From positions 1 to 29,468 of IMG/VR virus record IMGVR_UViG_3300044513_003134: 29,468 bases of DNA, one strand, 5' to 3'. The notes under the pieces are model-generated. The model was not told the origin of the DNA and did no database searches. It was given only the letters and a program-made list of their open reading frames with translations. Position numbers and translations under genes: made by a program. This DNA is from a virus (taxonomy: Duplodnaviria > Caudoviricetes). Below, piece after piece: positions 24,960-29,468 of the stretch (the first letter of the stretch is position 1; every line of letters starts with the position of its first letter).

Positions 24960-27900
24960 TTAATATGGTGGGTTATCATCATGTGTGACGAGAGCGTCAG
25001 AATGATAGACAACCGAAGAGTTCATTCTATTGGTATCATAGTAGAAATTATTATCAACTGTATTTTGTGCCGCAGCAGTTCTAGATCTAACAAATGTAGA
25101 GTCACCAATAGAATCTACCTGAACAAACTCATTATCAATTTTGATGATATCACCTTTTGAGATCGATCCAATACCAGATGAAATAACAATCGCCTGATCG
25201 TCAGCACCAACTGCAGATCCAACACCAACAGTTAGTTTCTTATTTGCAAGAGGACTTTGAATAATATTATCAATCAAAATCAAAGCATTCTTGGTTGGTT
25301 CTGCATACTTGAGCGTGTGTGTTCCCGTACCAAGTCCAACAAAGTCCATTGGGAGAGAAGTAGATAGACCAGAAAGTCTAAACTTAGTATCGTCTAACTT
25401 CTGGACATATACTCTAGATGGAATTGTAGTGCCACCAAGTTCAGTTGGCGTTAAGAACAAATCATCATCTGGAGAAATGCCACCAATGTAAGTACCTGCG
25501 ATAGAAATTCTATTAGTGCTTGCATATCCAGATCCACCCGTAACAACTTCGACACTCTCAATATCGAGATTTGCATCTCTAGTTACGTTAAATGTTGCTC
25601 CAGATCCACCACCATCATTAGTAGATGGAAGGTTGGAATATGTAGTAAGAATACCCGTTCTCGTTCCAGTCACAACATTAACTGGGAATGAAAGGTCATT
25701 GGTAACTGCAGTACCACCCAAATAAGTACCGCCAATGGTTACTGTATCACCAACGTCATATCCAGAACCACCAGCGATTAACTGAACAGAAGTTGATAAT
25801 GGTTGACCAGTTGACTGATCATAAACAAACTGAACCAAGAAAGTAGCACCTTGTCCACTGCCATTTGTTGTAGACGGAAGTGGATTACCAAAACCATAAA
25901 CTTTGAATGTTGTGATTGGGGAAACTGTTGTACCAATACCCGTAACTGGCCCAATAACGGTATTGTTATATCCGTTTTCATACATTGCACTACTACCAGT
26001 TCCAGAAGTAGTGACATTCATAACAATGTCTCTTAGACCAGTAATATGAGAAGTAGTTGCGATGCCGATAGAATCTCCACCATTCGTATCATAAATCAGT
26101 TCTTGTCCTGTTTGGAAATTATGATTCTGGAAAGTAATGATGTTATTAGGAAGATCAACAACAGCAGAACTTGCAGAATTAAAGTCAATTTTAAATACTG
26201 GATTGCCATTAGACTTCAGTTTGAAATCTGTTTTACCTTCAAGAACACCAGATCTGTTGTGTTGTCCTGTAAATCCATTAGAAATATCATCAAGTCTCAA
26301 AACCTTGTTAGTTTTGTTGAGAATATAACTCTTAATTGGTCTACCTTCTGGGAAGAAGATCCTCTGAACCGATCCATCTGGTAATGGATCATCCTCAGTA
26401 ACCATAGCAAAGTTTTCTCTTCTACCCATATAAATGTCATTATCAATGTTGACGATCATATCAATCTTGGTATCTACCGTTTTAATCCTCATGTTTGTGG
26501 ATTTAGCAATACCAACATTGACTTCATTGACTGTGGGTTGACTCAAAAGTTCAAGGTCAGAGAACTCTTTGAATCCAGATGGGTGTACAATTGCTCTTAC
26601 AGATTCTTTCCACTTATCATAAGGTAGGTCACTCTTAATAGAATATGAGAACTTCTGATAGTATTCATTGTCAGCAATTCTCTGTAAGAAGTCATTAAGG
26701 ATACCAGTATTCAAATCACCTTTCACAAGTTTAGATCTACTTGCACCTGTGTTACTTCTAACATTAAATCTATTAACATCCTTTACGTCTGCTCTGAGTC
26801 TGGTTTCCTGTCCCTCAAGAACTTCACCAACTGATAAAGTACCAAAAGTATCTCTGAGTCTCAGTTGACTTAGTTTTGGATTCCATCCATTTTCAGCAAC
26901 AATACCTTCAAAGTTCTTAGCAGTTACTTTCTCTCCAGACAAGAACTTAGCATCATCAATAAGTTTCATATCAAACTTAGCCATGTCCTTGTAATTCACA
27001 ATGGATCCCAAAGTGAAATCATCATCATATTCACCAAGAGTTCCAGTAGCAATGCCAGCAACACTATATGTAAGAGTATAATTTACGGTGTTGATGCCTG
27101 TTACCGTAAAGAATGAATAGTCATAATCCTTAGAGTTAAAGTTCAGTTCACCATTTGTTTGAGAATCTGGTGTAATCCTACAATCTTCGATAAAGACTTT
27201 ATCACCAACTGCAAACGGGAATGTTATTCCAGTTGAAGCATAACCGTTAGAAACTGGAATATTGAACTGTGGATCCAAAAGAAGTTCTACAGTAACATCA
27301 GTTCCAGAATGAGTAATTGTATCAATATCATATCCATTGGAATTCTTAACTGGAATGATATTTAATGGTTCATCGAATTCAAAAGAATTTTTAATTATTT
27401 CTACTTTAGAAACAGAACCGCCATAAATGCGAGCCTCAAGTTCAACTGTAGAATTTCCCCTAACAACTAATTTTGGTGGTTGTGTGTAATTGACTCCACC
27501 ATCAGTAACTCCCACACTACCAATTCTAGCAATTCCACTGACATCCACAACAGCTGGAACACTCAGGAAAGGCAATAAAGTTGGATCAGTTGGATAATCA
27601 AATCCATCTTTAACTCTTTCAAGAGTGTCAATTTCCCCAATAGTATCGGAGAAAATTTTGACAATAGCATTCTTACCTTCTGTAGTAGCAAATCCAGTTA
27701 CCTTCGGTAAGGTTTTATATCCCTTGCCTGGGAAATTGATTTTAATTTTTGCAATAGAACCAGATGTATTATCAGAGTTAGTTTGATAGAAAACTGTAGT
27801 AATACCAGAAACATTAGTAAAGAATTCATCTCTAGAAGGTCTCTTCAAAAGATTGAAGTTAAATTGTTTTTCATCGACTCTGATAATGGAATGTCTATCA

Positions 27901-29468
27901 TCAACAACAATATCATTAAGTGTAATACTATTTCTTCCCGTTACTTCAGCGTCGGAAGATCCATATCTCTTTCTTTCATCAGCTGGTACAAGAGGAATGA
28001 GATCATAAAAACTCTTCCTTAGGTATCCAAGTCTAGTATTAATCGTAACCGTAGCTCCAGCCGTTCCAGGAACACCACTTCTACTTACAGCAAAACCAGC
28101 TGAAGATCCCGTGGTATCCAATCCATCAATAAATTTAATATCTTCAAAGAACCTCAATTCCATCTCACCCAAAGATGGATCAGATACGTCAAAAACAATT
28201 TGATTTCCATTGGTAAATGTCAATGGTGGATTTATTTTGGCAATGCCAAAAGTTCCACCATTTTGCACTGAAGTAGGAATAATTGGTTTTCCTTCAATAA
28301 CGTCACTCTTGTACTTACATAGTTTAATGAATTCTGGATCCTCCCTAAGAACAAAGTAGGTTTCATTATCAACCAATCCACCAATAGTGAAGTTACCAGA
28401 ATAGAATGCTACTTTGTCTCCACTATTGAACGTGGAGTCATTAATGCGGAATTGTGTTAAATCTGCAGAAAAATCAGTATATTCAAATTCTACTTTTGGT
28501 CCAGTAAGTTTTGCCAAGAATGGATCATATCTAACGGAAGACGTTTCGGTTTGAATTGGAAGAGCAGACAATGTGATGACATCACCAGTTACCAATTCGT
28601 GATCTTCTTGGGTAGTAATTTCACCGAAGAATCTTTCAATCGTAGAAGTTACCTTAGGAGAGGTTGTTCTAATAGAGTGTGCATATCCAAGATCATTTCC
28701 GATTGGAGAATACCAATGAATGGCATCGCCAGCCGTAGGGAATCCCACAGTGGACAATCCAAGATAATTTGGACCAAGGTTGACAGCGTACAACTCTCCA
28801 TCATTTACAAGAAGTTCAGTACCAATACCAGTAGTAGAACCAGATCCAGTTGGCGACCAAGCAAGAGAAGATCCGCCAACTCCAACATTATAAATTACCC
28901 TTTGTCCAGTGTAGAACTTGTGATTTGGTAGATATATTGCTTGTTGTGGGACAACTCGATGTCCAACATTTGCAGATAATGATCCACCTAGACCAACAAC
29001 AATTTGATATGTAGACCCAGTAGATCCAGTACCAACTGTATTGTTTGGATCAAAATAAACAACCTCATTTGAGAATGTACTATAACTGATATTTGCATTA
29101 CCAATACCAAATTCAAACTTGGTTGGTTTTAATTCTACCTTTTGATCTCCAGCGGTGTGAGTTACAGCAATTCCAACATAATATTCTCTATTGACTCTAA
29201 ATCTATTGTATTTTGAATCAATATCAATAATTGTCATGGTCTCGGTTCCCACACCGATGATATCACCGACAGTAAACCCTCTAGTATCAGTGACTAGAAT
29301 GTGAGTAGTAATTCCAGTAGTTCCCACATCTGGAATAAAGCTTGATAATCCTACAGTTCTAGTTAAAACGCTAACTTTTTGTGGACCATCAAAAGCAGTA
29401 AACTGCGATGTAGAAATACCAGACAAAAATACAGTTTCACCATTTTCAATTTCATGTGGAACCGTAGT
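24960..29468 (-). CDS. Giant baseplate wedge (gp7-like) structural protein, 5' truncated
   Basis: The frame stays open past the listed TTG at 29426 to the window edge (TTVPHEIENGETVFLSGIST...), so the true start is outside the window. It carries the wedge motif DNEYYQKFSYSIKS...W...V...VHPSGFKEF, H.[LF].TG modules and GGSGY repeats. Confidence 0.85.
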   Translation of the reverse strand, partial: TTVPHEIENGETVFLSGISTSQFTAFDGPQKVSVLTRTVGLSSFIPDVGTTGITTHILVTDTRGFTVGDIIGVGTETMTIIDIDSKYNRFRVNREYYVGIAVTHTAGDQKVELKPTKFEFGIGNANISYSTFSNEVVYFDPNNTVGTGSTGSTYQIVVGLGGSLSANVGHRVVPQQAIYLPNHKFYTGQRVIYNVGVGGSSLAWSPTGSGSTTGIGTELLVNDGELYAVNLGPNYLGLSTVGFPTAGDAIHWYSPIGNDLGYAHSIRTTSPKVTSTIERFFGEITTQEDHELVTGDVITLSALPIQTETSSVRYDPFLAKLTGPKVEFEYTDFSADLTQFRINDSTFNSGDKVAFYSGNFTIGGLVDNETYFVLREDPEFIKLCKYKSDVIEGKPIIPTSVQNGGTFGIAKINPPLTFTNGNQIVFDVSDPSLGEMELRFFEDIKFIDGLDTTGSSAGFAVSRSGVPGTAGATVTINTRLGYLRKSFYDLIPLVPADERKRYGSSDAEVTGRNSITLNDIVVDDRHSIIRVDEKQFNFNLLKRPSRDEFFTNVSGITTVFYQTNSDNTSGSIAKIKINFPGKGYKTLPKVTGFATTEGKNAIVKIFSDTIGEIDTLERVKDGFDYPTDPTLLPFLSVPAVVDVSGIARIGSVGVTDGGVNYTQPPKLVVRGNSTVELEARIYGGSVSKVEIIKNSFEFDEPLNIIPVKNSNGYDIDTITHSGTDVTVELLLDPQFNIPVSNGYASTGITFPFAVGDKVFIEDCRITPDSQTNGELNFNSKDYDYSFFTVTGINTVNYTLTYSVAGIATGTLGEYDDDFTLGSIVNYKDMAKFDMKLIDDAKFLSGEKVTAKNFEGIVAENGWNPKLSQLRLRDTFGTLSVGEVLEGQETRLRADVKDVNRFNVRSNTGASRSKLVKGDLNTGILNDFLQRIADNEYYQKFSYSIKSDLPYDKWKESVRAIVHPSGFKEFSDLELLSQPTVNEVNVGIAKSTNMRIKTVDTKIDMIVNIDNDIYMGRRENFAMVTEDDPLPDGSVQRIFFPEGRPIKSYILNKTNKVLRLDDISNGFTGQHNRSGVLEGKTDFKLKSNGNPVFKIDFNSASSAVVDLPNNIITFQNHNFQTGQELIYDTNGGDSIGIATTSHITGLRDIVMNVTTSGTGSSAMYENGYNNTVIGPVTGIGTTVSPITTFKVYGFGNPLPSTTNGSGQGATFLVQFVYDQSTGQPLSTSVQLIAGGSGYDVGDTVTIGGTYLGGTAVTNDLSFPVNVVTGTRTGILTTYSNLPSTNDGGGSGATFNVTRDANLDIESVEVVTGGSGYASTNRISIAGTYIGGISPDDDLFLTPTELGGTTIPSRVYVQKLDDTKFRLSGLSTSLPMDFVGLGTGTHTLKYAEPTKNALILIDNIIQSPLANKKLTVGVGSAVGADDQAIVISSGIGSISKGDIIKIDNEFVQVDSIGDSTFVRSRTAAAQNTVDNNFYYDTNRMNSSVVYHSDALVTHDDNPPY

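Noticed and set aside
23640-25090. Group I intron, intein or homing endonuclease as the cause of the split wedge gene
   Set aside because: The intervening DNA is fully occupied by structural coding sequence and a promoter. I saw no HNH, GIY-YIG or LAGLIDADG motif and no intein terminal residues.
249-28931. Numerous plus-strand ORFs of 60-226 aa
   Set aside because: All are antisense to long minus-strand structural genes, lack recognisable motifs and are expected from codon bias.
29424-29426. TTG at 29426 as the start of the 1488-aa ORF
   Set aside because: The frame is open to the window edge and the upstream residues continue a PH....GE.V.LSG module, so the real start is outside the window.

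Overview
This window is the virion-structure (baseplate and fibre) module of a T4-like myovirus, most likely a marine cyanophage. All real genes are on the minus strand and tightly packed, with T4-type late promoters (TATAAATA and variants). In order of transcription: a 5'-truncated giant baseplate-wedge (gp7-like) gene; a 340-aa protein with a gp9/gp10-type N-terminus; a 1752-aa wedge-like protein; gp8; a 2505-aa VrlC/DUF4815-like protein; small 69-, 110- and 224-aa genes; a 335-aa fibre subunit followed by an intrinsic terminator; a 1725-aa repeat protein; a 152-aa Mtd_N-like protein; a 134-aa protein; and a 3'-truncated tail-fibre gene (1..998) missing from the ORF track. No RNA genes, CRISPR arrays or mobile elements were seen. 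The most interesting signals are (i) a possible 'beads on a scaffold' fibre system whose stoichiometry is set by a terminator, (ii) a wedge gene that appears cut through two nested domains by a gp9-like cassette, (iii) a G-[IVL]-x-[TS] motif found across unrelated virion proteins, (iv) a Reelin-subrepeat-like insert and (v) nested domain insertions. Family names come from recognising motifs by eye; no database search was run.
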